The notes under the pieces are model-generated. The model was not told the origin of the DNA and ran no database searches. It saw nothing but the letters and a program-made list of their open reading frames with translations. A stretch of 64,000 bases of DNA from a virus, in the IMG/VR virus record IMGVR_UViG_3300009873_000022, positions 607-64,606 of that record; one strand, given 5' to 3'. Each line of letters opens with the position of its first letter. The stretch's first letter is position 1. Positions 9,427 through 19,800 of the stretch are shown here, one piece after another. The translations under genes and the position numbers were made by a program.

Positions 9427-9430
9427 TCAA
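9365..9430. repeat. three tandem copies (period 22-25 bp) of TTGGTTACTTTTTAACCA, each a short palindrome
   Basis: The copies are visible in the sequence and sit immediately after the stop of the FkbM-like gene. The third copy is degenerate. Confidence 0.75.
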
Positions 9431-10026
9431 TCACTCACCGGCACATACAGAGCATGTGTCTTGTCGCTATCAACGAGCTCATATCCATGACGCTCGAACC
9501 ACGAATGGAGATCACTGAGTGTCATTGAGTACATCTTTCGAAGAACGGCCGATGATACATCAATCACTATGACGGGCTTGTACTCCTTTATCATCTTCCA
9601 CGCTCCCCTCAGCGTTAGAAGCTCAGTTCCGTCGCCATGAATATGAATTATGTCGCAATGTGCCAACCGAAGCTCATCGAGCTCGATGCCCTCTATATCG
9701 CCGTCATCGTCCAGTACCAGATGAGAGATGCCGGATTTCTTCTCTGTCTTCAGAGAGTACTTCCCAGCCATGTCCATCACTGCCCTGCGCCATAGACATA
9801 CTGTGGTCGCGTAGCTCTTAGGACTCTGCGTCAGCCACAGTGAATAGAGCTTGGTGAATGCTTGGCCATGCTCAAATGAATGAACCTCTCCGAATCTTGA
9901 CCAGAATTCCCTTGACCACTCACCGTCTCCGGCTCCTATGTCAATAGCGCAATCCCTACCCTTCGTTCGATTGAGCGCCTCCTGGAGAATCCTTATCTCG
10001 GACTTTTCCTTTGAAGGGGATGACAT
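9427..10026 (-). CDS. FkbM-family methyltransferase (likely a sugar or hydroxyl O-methyltransferase)
   Basis: The motifs DIGAGDGEWS and CDIIHIHGDGTELLTLRGAWKMI match the FkbM pattern. The start is uncertain because the track ORF 9427..10098 overlaps the primase by 140 nt. Confidence 0.55.
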   Translation of the reverse strand: MSSPSKEKSEIRILQEALNRTKGRDCAIDIGAGDGEWSREFWSRFGEVHSFEHGQAFTKLYSLWLTQSPKSYATTVCLWRRAVMDMAGKYSLKTEKKSGISHLVLDDDGDIEGIELDELRLAHCDIIHIHGDGTELLTLRGAWKMIKEYKPVIVIDVSSAVLRKMYSMTLSDLHSWFERHGYELVDSDKTHALYVPVSD

Positions 10027-12118
10027 TCTGTGGGAGTTCTTGCTTGAAGCGTTTGAGCTTATCAAACCTGCGGAAGTGATCGACCCATTCTGCGTCATTT
10101 TTGGTACTCCATTCGTTTGCGTTCAACACTGCATACAGGGTAAGCGTACTGACATTGAGTCCATTTCGTATCTTCAGCCTTCTGTTCGGTACTCCCAGTC
10201 GCTTGAACACCACTCCCAGCGCATTCGGTGCCAGACTGGTTCTGGGCAATCTATGCTCTTCGACATATCGCGCCATGATCTGAACGATGCTGTCCATCTC
10301 GTACAGTTGAAGGTCAGGCAGCACCCCAGCAACCATAGTGAATGCCTCTGGAGCCTGCTTGAGTTTCGCGGCAAGCTCATCCATCGGATTCCTGCTGATG
10401 GCGATCATCTCATTCTTTGCTCTCGTGACTGGAGCATGCCCGTTGGGATTGAATTCAGTGAGATCGACGTGTTTGAGATGATTCAGTATCTGCGCTGCTC
10501 CATTCTCTTGGTCCAGCCATTTGTTGTATGCCTTGAAGAACTTCGCGCTCAGTGGGGTATCTGGTGCATTCACACTGAACACGCGCCTGTCTTTCTCGCT
10601 GATTGGCAGAGCATCACTGTGATTAGACGTAATGTACAGATTGGCATAGTTGCGCACTGTTCTGCTTGGCTGGTACTTCTCGCTCAGGTTGAGATCTTCA
10701 TTGGTGATGAATGAATTGAGCCGTCCCATGATGGACGCGCGCAGACTCTTCGAATAATTGACGTAGATCTCATCGATGAACACGAACTGACGTTCTGCAA
10801 TCCATCCATTGAACGAGCTTTCAATATCAGCGCCGTCTATGCGCCTGTAATTGTGTGGCCCGTACATCTGCTTGACGGGCTTTTCCACCAATGAGTTCTT
10901 TCCGATGCCGTGTCCGTATGAGTAGATGAATACAGCTTGCGCCAGCTTGGTCCCTACATGCTGCAATGGATAGGCGAACCACTGCATGAGCCACTTCTTT
11001 TCTGCATCGCGCAGATTGGACGTCAGATGATCGAACAACTCAAGCCACAGTACAGGCTCACCTTCTGCGGGCAGCAATTCAGGAGCCTGCCACGTATTCA
11101 CCACCTCAATTCCCTTGCCCTTCGGCCTGAACCTAGACTTCTTGCCCGGCTCATACACGACACCGTCTACGTCAGTTTCTGGCAGTCTACTCCTCATCCA
11201 TATGTCAATGGCAGGGACCATCTTCTTTGGATCTTCAGGTGATGGAACTCGGTATCTAGGACCGTACTCATTCAACAACTGAGCTCGCTCTCTGAATTTC
11301 TTGGCGATGACCGAGAAGTATTGACCCTGCTCCTTGACGAACACGAGCTCTTCATTCAAGGCCGATAGTGCATCTGCTCTACTGTCACTTCGTCGTGGGA
11401 GCTTCTCGAATGCTGCTCTGGCCTCTTTCGCAGACGTGAAGGTCGCCAGGTAATCATCGAGCCCGACCTTGACCTCGCCCTCTGCGCTCTCCAGATACAC
11501 AAAGCTCACGCTCTTGGGAGCAAGCGTGGCCAGTTCTGCGGACAGTTGATTCATGGCCAGACGAACGTGCTCGTTGTAGCTCAAATCACTGTCATAGCAG
11601 ATGTCTATTGCAGTGTGCTTCAGGTCAAACAGATTGAATTCTTCAAGGAGGGTGATCCCTCTCTTCTTAGATTTGAAGTTGAACACTCCGGCCAGTGCCA
11701 CAGTGGGAATTCCAGAAAGACAAGCCTTGATGGCCTTCTTCTCACCTTCTGTGATGCACAGGTACTTGAGCTTGATCTTCCCCGTCTGCTTGTCTATCGG
11801 CCAGTCATACAGCGGCGAGAAGTACAGGTGTGGAGCAGTGTTGGCGCGCTGATTGTACTTGAACGTACTCTTCTTGATATCACCTACCTTCCATCGTCCC
11901 TTCAGTAGTCTCAGTCTTGCGAAGTTGATCGGCTTCTTGTTGTGATCGAAGAATGGAATCTTGTACGCGCACGCTGTTCCGGCCTTCTTGACACCAAGGA
12001 ACTCCGCGATCTCCACGGAATTCATTGTCTTCAACTTCAGCTTCTTGGCGTGCTTCCACGGTATTCCACTTCTACGCAGGTCTGCCTTTAGCAGAGCGAG
12101 CGGTGATGGCGTTTTCAT
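9956..12118 (-). CDS. DNA primase/helicase (N-terminal Toprim-like primase, C-terminal SF3/D5-P4-type helicase)
   Basis: The Toprim-like motif is LCITEGEKKA. The P-loop is YSYGHGIGKNS. The protein is 720 aa. Confidence 0.8.
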   Translation of the reverse strand: MKTPSPLALLKADLRRSGIPWKHAKKLKLKTMNSVEIAEFLGVKKAGTACAYKIPFFDHNKKPINFARLRLLKGRWKVGDIKKSTFKYNQRANTAPHLYFSPLYDWPIDKQTGKIKLKYLCITEGEKKAIKACLSGIPTVALAGVFNFKSKKRGITLLEEFNLFDLKHTAIDICYDSDLSYNEHVRLAMNQLSAELATLAPKSVSFVYLESAEGEVKVGLDDYLATFTSAKEARAAFEKLPRRSDSRADALSALNEELVFVKEQGQYFSVIAKKFRERAQLLNEYGPRYRVPSPEDPKKMVPAIDIWMRSRLPETDVDGVVYEPGKKSRFRPKGKGIEVVNTWQAPELLPAEGEPVLWLELFDHLTSNLRDAEKKWLMQWFAYPLQHVGTKLAQAVFIYSYGHGIGKNSLVEKPVKQMYGPHNYRRIDGADIESSFNGWIAERQFVFIDEIYVNYSKSLRASIMGRLNSFITNEDLNLSEKYQPSRTVRNYANLYITSNHSDALPISEKDRRVFSVNAPDTPLSAKFFKAYNKWLDQENGAAQILNHLKHVDLTEFNPNGHAPVTRAKNEMIAISRNPMDELAAKLKQAPEAFTMVAGVLPDLQLYEMDSIVQIMARYVEEHRLPRTSLAPNALGVVFKRLGVPNRRLKIRNGLNVSTLTLYAVLNANEWSTKNDAEWVDHFRRFDKLKRFKQELPQNVIPFKGKVRDKDSPGGAQSNEG

Positions 12119-12136
12119 TTGAGTGACCCGCTCTGA

Positions 12137-12589
12137 TCATTGTGCCGCGTATTCTTTGTCGAAGTTGTCCAGCGCCTCTTCTATGGTGTAGCCGAATCCT
12201 GCGATGCCTTCCTGTAGATTCTCACCGCACACTGCGCACCACATATTCCCGTCTCTCTGTACCCGCAGATCATTGGGTCTGTTGGGTACAGGACGAGGCT
12301 GGTCTACCCCTTCCAGTCCCTTTGTAGTGTCACCTGCCCACTTGGCGAACGTGTCAATCTTGGTAGCGCGGCGCTCTGCTATGCTTCCCCAGTTCAAATC
12401 AAATGCCACAGTTACCACGTACATCGCCGCCAGAACGTCTGCCATTTCCTCCTCCATTCGCTTTGAAAGAGGCCCTCGCCCATCTGGGTGAGTATCGCCA
12501 TGATAGTACGCCAGTTTCTTTCCACAAACCTGCGTCAGTTCTCCGCACTCTTCAATGAGCTTCACAAGCCCCTTCGCTGTCAATGCCAT
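12137..12589 (-). CDS. mazG: MazG-like nucleoside triphosphate pyrophosphohydrolase
   Basis: The motif EECGELTQ...EEEMADVLAAMYVVTV is the MazG EExxE/D signature. The protein is 150 aa. Confidence 0.75.
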   Translation of the reverse strand: MALTAKGLVKLIEECGELTQVCGKKLAYYHGDTHPDGRGPLSKRMEEEMADVLAAMYVVTVAFDLNWGSIAERRATKIDTFAKWAGDTTKGLEGVDQPRPVPNRPNDLRVQRDGNMWCAVCGENLQEGIAGFGYTIEEALDNFDKEYAAQ

Positions 12590-12608
12590 GATTCAACTCC
12601 CTCTGTGT

Positions 12609-12860
12609 CTACCGTATGTCAGATTGCTTGCCCGTCCACAGTGATATCAATTCGTCGGCTTCTTCCCGGACCAAGATGCATTCACTCCCATCATCGAACG
12701 TGGCTACATAGTATGTGAGCTGTCCGCCGCAAATCGCCAGTGACAGTCCCAGCTTGTTCAGTGCGATGAATTCCCTGAGAGCATGTTTCTGCAGCTTCTC
12801 ACGAAACTCCGTCACTGTGCTCTTTGGCGTCAGATCAATTCTGGGAAGTCTTGGGTCCAT
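12609..12860 (-). CDS. hypothetical protein (first gene of the leftward replication operon)
   Basis: 83-aa ORF. Confidence 0.4.
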   Translation of the reverse strand: MDPRLPRIDLTPKSTVTEFREKLQKHALREFIALNKLGLSLAICGGQLTYYVATFDDGSECILVREEADELISLWTGKQSDIR

Positions 12861-13189
12861 GGTATCTCCGAATCCACGAATGTCTACCGGTCGCAGTTCG
12901 ATGAGTGTACCGTGGCGCTGTCATGGAGACCTGTTCATCCGGGCGAATGAGGACAGGAGGGAGCAAGAAATGACAGAGCCCTCACCGAACTGCGACAGCT
13001 AGACACTCGGAAGTCTGCTGACGATGAAAGACACTAAGAAAGATGGAGTCCCTTGATGCGAAGTGAGCGACTGCTGGTACATGGCCCACCTGCACGGGTT
13101 ACATGCTACACAGGGCAAAAGTGATTACAAGGCTGGCTTAAAAACCGGCCACATACAAAGGCTTAGGCGAATGTGTCGCAAAATACAGT

Positions 13190-13477
13190 GTAGTCAGTGT
13201 AGCCAGTCGCATTTTGAGTGACTGACTACGCGAAAAGTGACTAGTTTTGCAGTCTTTTGGTCTACTTTGTAGTCAGTGTAGTCAGTCATTCGACACAGAA
13301 AGTATATATATATCTATTTTATGGAATTATCATGTGCAGTGATATTTCCCAGTTACTTTTTACCCTTTTTGACTGACTACACTGACTACAAAGTGGAGCA
13401 AAGAGCCTAAAAACGAGGCCCGGCGATGTAGTCAGTCAACCAAAAAACGACTGACTACACTGACTACACTGACTACA
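13190..13477. repeat. array of a 9-mer GTAGTCAGT and its reverse complement ACTGACTAC, at least 10 copies including tandem doublets and a triplet, arranged around an AT-rich core (13300-13335)
   Basis: Copies are counted directly at 13190, 13221, 13269, 13278, 13372, 13381, 13427, 13451, 13460 and 13469. The central stretch is AGTATATATATATCTATTTTATGGAATTATC. Confidence 0.8.
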
Positions 13478-13489
13478 TTCACTTTTCGC

Positions 13490-14191
13490 TTGCAATCCCA
13501 ATATCTGGCCTGTATATACCGTGCGCATGGGCGGCTGAGCGGATATCACATCTGGTTCCACTCACCATCTTTCGCTTTCACTGCTGGCCTCCCATCACGT
13601 CTTTCAGTAGTGACCTCAGTAGATTCAGTTCAAAGCAGGAAACAATCTGTAGTGAAAGAACGACGGTCAAAACGAGAGAAAACGAAATCTCGTGATAGCG
13701 ACGTCCCTCTTTCATCTAAGACAGACAAATCCGCAGATAAACGCTCACTCCGCGCTCCCAACAAGCCTGGAGCGCTTACCCATAAAAAGCGACGTCACTT
13801 CTTGCGACTGCTCAGCAACGGAGTCACCGTGAGGGATGCGGCCAAGAAGATCGGCATCACCTCGGTATCCCTGTACGCTGCACGCAAGCGTGACGAGGAT
13901 TTCTCGCTCGCATGGGAAGAGGCATATGAACAAGGCACGGACCTCCTCGAGAAAGAGGCTGAGCGTCGTGCAATCAAGGGAGTCAAGGAGCCTGTATTCC
14001 ACCAAGGCAGAAAGATCGCGACTGTCCGCAAGTATTCGGATGTCTTGCTGATCTTCCTGCTCAAGGGACGTAGACCCGGCAAGTTCCGCGACAACGTCGA
14101 CATCACGTCTGGTGGAAATCCAATGGACAATGCGCTCAAGCAATTTGCTGAAGTCATTCGTAATGGAGCAGCGAGGTTGAAGGATGAGTAG
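13490..14191 (+). CDS. terS: terminase small subunit (Terminase_2/P27-like HTH)
   Basis: The motif LRLLSNGVTVRDAAKKIGITSVSLYAARKRDEDFSLAWEEA is TerS-like. The true start may be internal, for example GTG near 13653 after AGGAAA. Confidence 0.65.
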   Translation: MQSQYLACIYRAHGRLSGYHIWFHSPSFAFTAGLPSRLSVVTSVDSVQSRKQSVVKERRSKREKTKSRDSDVPLSSKTDKSADKRSLRAPNKPGALTHKKRRHFLRLLSNGVTVRDAAKKIGITSVSLYAARKRDEDFSLAWEEAYEQGTDLLEKEAERRAIKGVKEPVFHQGRKIATVRKYSDVLLIFLLKGRRPGKFRDNVDITSGGNPMDNALKQFAEVIRNGAARLKDE

Positions 14192-14672
14192 GCTGGCTGA
14201 ATTGGCAGGGTATACTCCCGCAACACTGCGCAACAGAGTCGCCATGCGCATAGAAAGGGAGCCAATGCTGCCCGCGCACGTAGCGCGCAGAAACAATGTG
14301 GCCCGAAAGAGACCGATGGTCACTAGGGCAGAGCTTCTGTCACTGATCACTACTCACAAGCTTGACTACGACAAGGTCGGTGAGATTCTCAGGATCAAAC
14401 CCTCTACGGTCAAGTATTACCTGCACATACATGGGATCTCTATTCGCTCGTTGCAGAGAGATCTAGGCATTGTCAAGAAGGACGCGCAACCTGTACCACA
14501 TCAGCCGATGACTGGGCTACCAATGCGGAACAAGGTCATTCGGTATTTAAATGAACGCCGTGACGGCGAGGTCAAAGAGATTGACTTCAGCGAGGCCGCA
14601 ATCGGCAAGTTCGGTACTCGGTTCACCAATCATGTATATCACGGGCGGAAGCTCACACTCGAGGACATCTGA
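14184..14672 (+). CDS. HTH DNA-binding protein
   Basis: 162-aa ORF with an ATGAGTAG start/stop overlap. A helix-turn-helix-like segment is ELLSLITTHKLDYDKVGEILRIKPSTVKYY. Confidence 0.45.
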   Translation: MSRLAELAGYTPATLRNRVAMRIEREPMLPAHVARRNNVARKRPMVTRAELLSLITTHKLDYDKVGEILRIKPSTVKYYLHIHGISIRSLQRDLGIVKKDAQPVPHQPMTGLPMRNKVIRYLNERRDGEVKEIDFSEAAIGKFGTRFTNHVYHGRKLTLEDI

Positions 14673-14674
14673 AA

Positions 14675-14893
14675 ATGGCAAAGGAAGAAAACACGGCATC
14701 GACGAAACTGGCTGACCTCATCGAGAAGGCCGAGGCAGCGGCAGCGCGACTGAACAAGGCAGTACAGGATGCAGCACTCGCTTCGAATGCAGAAGTGGAT
14801 GCGCGGAATGCACTCAATGCTGCTCAGCAGGCTGTCGATCAGGCAATGAACGAACTGAGGGACAGGTCTCCCTCTGGCACTCACTGGAAGTAA
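14675..14893 (+). CDS. small coiled-coil protein
   Basis: 72-aa ORF rich in A, E and Q. Confidence 0.35.
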   Translation: MAKEENTASTKLADLIEKAEAAAARLNKAVQDAALASNAEVDARNALNAAQQAVDQAMNELRDRSPSGTHWK

Positions 14894-14962
14894 CACGGGA
14901 GGATTCATGAGCGACGAACAAATCGAAAAGATGGTACAGGAAAAGGGCTTACGGCCCCGCGA

Positions 14963-15220
14963 GTGACAAAGGCTCGCATTGATTTCTTGGTGGATGGCGC
15001 ACAGCGACAGTTTCATGTGTTCCCTGGAACGACACTGACTGTTTGTTGCCTCACACTGCCAAATGGATTCTGTGTCACTGGCGAAAGCGCGGCAGCAAGT
15101 CCTGAGAATTTCGACCGTGAGATCGGTGAAAGGATTGCGCTTGAGAATGCCAAACATAAGGTCTGGGCACTCGAAGGCTACCTGCTGAAGCAGTCTCTGT
15201 ACTCGGCGTCGACGAACTGA
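14963..15220 (+). CDS. small hypothetical protein
   Basis: 85-aa ORF abutting terL. Confidence 0.35.
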   Translation: MTKARIDFLVDGAQRQFHVFPGTTLTVCCLTLPNGFCVTGESAAASPENFDREIGERIALENAKHKVWALEGYLLKQSLYSASTN

Positions 15221-16800
15221 TGACCGCAGCACGCAAGAAAGTCGAGGTCGGGCTATCGGTGCATGACCGCATCATAGCCGAGCCCATCGAATTCTTTGCG
15301 AAGGACATCCTTCAACTCAAGCGTTTGAAGGAAGATCTGCCGACAGTCAACTGGGGACTCTCCGATTTCCAAGTGGAGATCGTTGAGTCCCTTTTTGATG
15401 TGGCTCGCTTGAAACTTGGCATGCCCACCAAGTTCAATCACACTGGCAAGCCATGGATAACAGTGCGTTCTGGCCACGGTCCCGGTAAGACCTTCAGTGC
15501 TGCGCTCGTTGCACATTGCTTCAATGCAGCCTTCCCCGGCCGCATCATGGTGACTGCACCGAAGCTCAAGCAGGTAACGGACCGCATATTCCCTGAGTTC
15601 CGCAAGCTTCACATGCGAGCTCAACCTTGGTACAGGGAATTCGTAAAGGTAGAGGCGACACGCGTCACATGGGCAGGTGACCGCGACTGGTGCATGATCG
15701 CAGACTCTGCGACAGCCCCAGAAAACATAGCGGGCTCGCATCATATGTATCAGTTGGTGATTGTTGAAGAAGCGACTGGCGTGGACGAAAAGCTATTCCC
15801 CGTCATTGAGCAGGCACTCACCACCGGCAAGATCCAAGTGATGCTGATGATTGCCAATCCCACGAAACGACAGGGCACTTTTGCAGACTCTCACCTCAAA
15901 GAGAAGCTGCATAAGTATTACTATCGCATCCATGTCAACCCGGAAAACGTGCCGCGCGTGTCCCGTAGTTCCTTGGAGCGCCTCGCTGCCAAGTACGGCA
16001 AGGACTCCCCTGTATATAAGGTGCGCGGACAAGGCGAGTTCGCCACTGAGGACGAGCGTCAGTTGATCTCGCTTCAGTGGATCGTGGATGCGCGTAATAG
16101 GGATGAGATGAATGATGGCTCACTGCCCATGCTGCGTGTTTCCGTAGACGTCGCAGACGGCGGCGCGGCAGTGAGCTCAGTGGTTGTAGCTCGCCACTAC
16201 GCGACGCGCGTGACCATGCTCAAACGAAAGAGATATTCTTTCGAGTCAACTACGGGACTTGAGAAGCTGGCTAATGCAGCCGAGGCTATCTTTGTTGAGT
16301 ATGGAGGGAGGAAGGACAGCTCTGACGACTTTGTCGTTGACGCCAATGGCGTCGGCGCTGGCGTAGCTGGCGAGCTCATTAAGCGTGGATACAATGTAGT
16401 GACCTACAAGGGCGGCACGGAAAGCTCCAATCCCAAGCTCTGGAAGAACAAGCGTACTCAGTCATATCTGAATCTGCGCAATTTCTTCCGTGATGGCCTC
16501 GTGTCCTTTGATGAGGGATTCATCGATGAGCATGCCATCAATGAAGAGGGAATCTCGGAGTGGGATGACTACGAGGCTCAGTTGTGCGCTGTTCGTACGG
16601 TGGATAACAATGAGCGGCTTGAGGAAATAGAAACAAAGAAGGCTCTCGTCGTGCGCGTAGGCATGACACTAGATGACGCCGATGCGACTGCAATGCAGTT
16701 CACTGGCGCAGAGCCTTCTATCATACCGAACCCTGAGGGAACACCGAAGGAGTCTGACATGATGGTCGAATACAGCACGATTCTGGAGGGGCTGTTCTAA
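15220..16800 (+). CDS. terL: terminase large subunit
   Basis: Walker A is GHGPGKT and Walker B is LVIVEEATG. A C-terminal RNase-H-like nuclease region with acidic residues is present. The protein is 526 aa. Confidence 0.85.
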   Translation: MTAARKKVEVGLSVHDRIIAEPIEFFAKDILQLKRLKEDLPTVNWGLSDFQVEIVESLFDVARLKLGMPTKFNHTGKPWITVRSGHGPGKTFSAALVAHCFNAAFPGRIMVTAPKLKQVTDRIFPEFRKLHMRAQPWYREFVKVEATRVTWAGDRDWCMIADSATAPENIAGSHHMYQLVIVEEATGVDEKLFPVIEQALTTGKIQVMLMIANPTKRQGTFADSHLKEKLHKYYYRIHVNPENVPRVSRSSLERLAAKYGKDSPVYKVRGQGEFATEDERQLISLQWIVDARNRDEMNDGSLPMLRVSVDVADGGAAVSSVVVARHYATRVTMLKRKRYSFESTTGLEKLANAAEAIFVEYGGRKDSSDDFVVDANGVGAGVAGELIKRGYNVVTYKGGTESSNPKLWKNKRTQSYLNLRNFFRDGLVSFDEGFIDEHAINEEGISEWDDYEAQLCAVRTVDNNERLEEIETKKALVVRVGMTLDDADATAMQFTGAEPSIIPNPEGTPKESDMMVEYSTILEGLF

Positions 16801-19800
16801 TGGCTGGCACAGTTCCACCGATTGAAGAAGAACCGAAAGAACAACCTCTGGATCAGGTAACTACCTACGATCTGAGCAATCTCACATGGGGATTTGCTGG
16901 ATACAGGTACAATCCTGATGAGCTGGCATCCCGGCGTGGGCTCAAGATCTACCAGCAGATGCTCACTGATGAGCAGGTCAAGGCTGTCGTAGAGTTCAAG
17001 CTCGCTGCTATCTTGTCACGAGGATATCAATTCGTGTTCGACGGCTCGAAGCTCTCGCCCGAAAAGCAGGAGGAGCGCTCGTGTCTATTCCAGCACATAC
17101 TGCTCAAGATGCGCGGATCCTTCATGGATGCCCTCGAAGGAATTGCCTCTGGCAGAGAATATGGGTTCAGTATCACGGAAAAAGTGTACGGTGAAGTGAC
17201 GTACGACGGGTCTCCATATGTCGGCATCAATCAACTGCTGACCAGAGACCCGAGTTCATTCCTGTTCAAGACTGATGCCTATGGAAACCTCGTCGAGGTC
17301 AAGCAGCAAGTGACGGGGCAGCAGGAAGTGATCATTGACCAGAGTCGAATGATACACTATGTCCATGCGCCCAAGTGGGACGCAATCTACGGCAGAAGTG
17401 ACCTCCGCGCTGCTCATCGCTCGTGGTATGCGAAGGATAACCTCGTAAAGCTGGAACTAATGTATCTCGAGAAGTTCGGCGGTGGAACTGCTGTAGCCAA
17501 GCGCATGACAGATGATGCTCCACGTTCTGGCACTCCTGATCATGTTCAGTTAGAGTTCGCGATCAAGAACATCTCGTCACTGCGCTCCATCGTTCTTCCC
17601 AAGGGAGTTGAGCTAGAGATTCTGTACCCGAACGTGACCACTCAGTTCCGTGAGGCAATCACGTACCACGACCTCGCCATTGCGAAGGCTTTGCTGGTTC
17701 CTAATTTGCTGGGATTGTCACATACAGGGCAAACAGGCGCGTTCGCTCAGTCGCAGACTCAACTACAGGCTTTCTTTTGGACACTGAACACCGACGCCAA
17801 TCGCCTCGAAGAGTGCCTCAATGAGCAGCTGTTCAGAGACCTCGGTGATCAGAACTGGGGTGACGGAGACTATCCACGCTTCAAGTTCAAGAAGGCTGAT
17901 ATCGAGCATACCAAGTGGATCGTCGCTACATGGAAGGAGATGCTCAATATCAAGGCTGTTCTTCCCACTGAAGATGATGAGAAGTTCCTTCGTGAGCTCT
18001 TGGAGATGCCGGAACGCGATGAAAACAGTGTCATCCTTGAAAACCCTGTTGAGCTGCGCAAGGAAGAGGAAGCCAAGAAGGCTCAAGCTGATGCACTCGC
18101 TGCGCAGCAAGCTCAACAGCAAGGGCAGCAGGATGCAGTGAAGAAGGAGCTCGCCGATCAAAAGGCAGCGAGCGATGCGGCGCAGCAGGATGTCAAGAAG
18201 TTGCAGAGTGACCTAGCTGCACTGAAGGTCGAGTCTACTAAGGTTCAACCGATCACAGTTGATATAGTCAGGGCAGAAATGGAGGCCGCGCTTAGGAAGT
18301 TTGGTTACAATCCCGATCAACCACGTGATGGTCACGGTAGGTTCGGCGAGGGTGGAGGCAGTGATTCAGGTAAGGACCACGAAACTGAGTTGTATGAAAA
18401 GACCGGGGTAAGACTTCGCATCTCTACTGTAAAGACGGACAAGGACCGGGTAGAGGCTGTTTCAAAGGCTACGATGGAGGTCGTTTCATCATTAGCAGAA
18501 AATCCCGCCATTGGTACGGTTCTTCGTAGAGACGGAGTGACCATAGAGATAGTCGATGGAAAGACTATCATGAATGAAGCACATGGTACTCAATCATTTG
18601 CCTCGTACAATGAAGCCACTGGAACTATCAAAGTTGCTGCTGGATTGAATTTATCCGGCACCGCAGCGACTCCAAGTATTGGAAAGTTTAATGTGGGTAC
18701 AGATTTCCGTACAGTATTGGCCCACGAGATAGGACACGCAGTGAGCCGTCGTATAGCTGTAGACGCACTCAAAGCTGATCCAAATGCCCTCGTTGGCGCT
18801 GCACTGTATAAGTCACTTGGGTCATCCCGAATTGAAAAGGGAGTCAGTGGATACGCAGCAAAGAATGCTAGAGAATTCATGGCGGAAGCATTCGCCGCGT
18901 ACACACACCCTGGATACTCATCTTCAAAAGGTTTGCCAAAAGAAGTAGAGCATGTATTTGAACTCGCTGGAGTTGGCGCTGGGACACGTAAGTTTGACAC
19001 AGAAGTAGTCCCGCACGGCAAGCTCTATGGAGTCCCGCTCACTACGTTTCAGCGCGCTACGATGCGAGTCAACTTCCAGACCATCGAGCAGAAGACGAAT
19101 ACCTTCGCTGACTCTGCCGTGCGCAACCTCGCTGCCATAGTGGCGAAGGCCGCACGCAGAGCGCTTGGAGACGATGAAAACATGAAGAGTCTGTTGGACG
19201 ATGACCCCTCGGATGTCGCGGCAATAGACGTAGGGCAGGCAGACAAGAGCAAGTTGCGAGCGACATACCGTGATCTACTGAACCAGTCGTGGAAGCTTGG
19301 AGCCAATCTCGCGAACAACGAACTGGCCCGTGCACGAGGCAGTGAGTTCGTCAATGCCACGGCCAAGTTCGCAAGTCTGTTGGACAAGGCATCGCAGTAC
19401 TTTGATACCCAAGCGTTCCGCATGGCAGGCGACACCTCTGATCAGGTGCGCAAGACCATTCAGCAGGAACTTCAGAATGGCATCAAACAGGGCAAGCCAC
19501 TCACGGATGTTCGCGTCAACATATGGAACAGGCTCGTTACCAAGGGCATGACATCGCAGTCTGCCGTCAAAGATGTAGAGGATGACGATGCGGTGAATGA
19601 GGCACTAGACCTGCTCTGGGCAGATAGCGAAGCCGGAGCAGTGGCTTACTTGAATACTCTTGTTCGCACCAATACTTTCGAGGCGCTCAATGAAGCGAGG
19701 TATGCGCAGTTCACTGATCCTGAGCTTGGTGACTTTGTGGTTGCCTTACGCTATGCCGCAGTCCTCGATAGCTCAACGACCAACATCTGTGAAGAGATGG

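Noticed and set aside
9365-9430. CRISPR array
   Set aside because: The region holds only three short (about 18 bp) repeats with 4-7 bp spacers. There are no cas genes, and the repeats are palindromic and iteron-like.
9938-10714. Long plus-strand ORFs antisense to minus-strand genes (for example 9938..10714, 7486..8037, 1364..1957 and 62044..62949)
   Set aside because: They lie opposite well-supported motif-bearing genes (primase, AAA ATPase, DNA polymerase), and they lack conserved motifs or RBSs. They are typical shadow ORFs.
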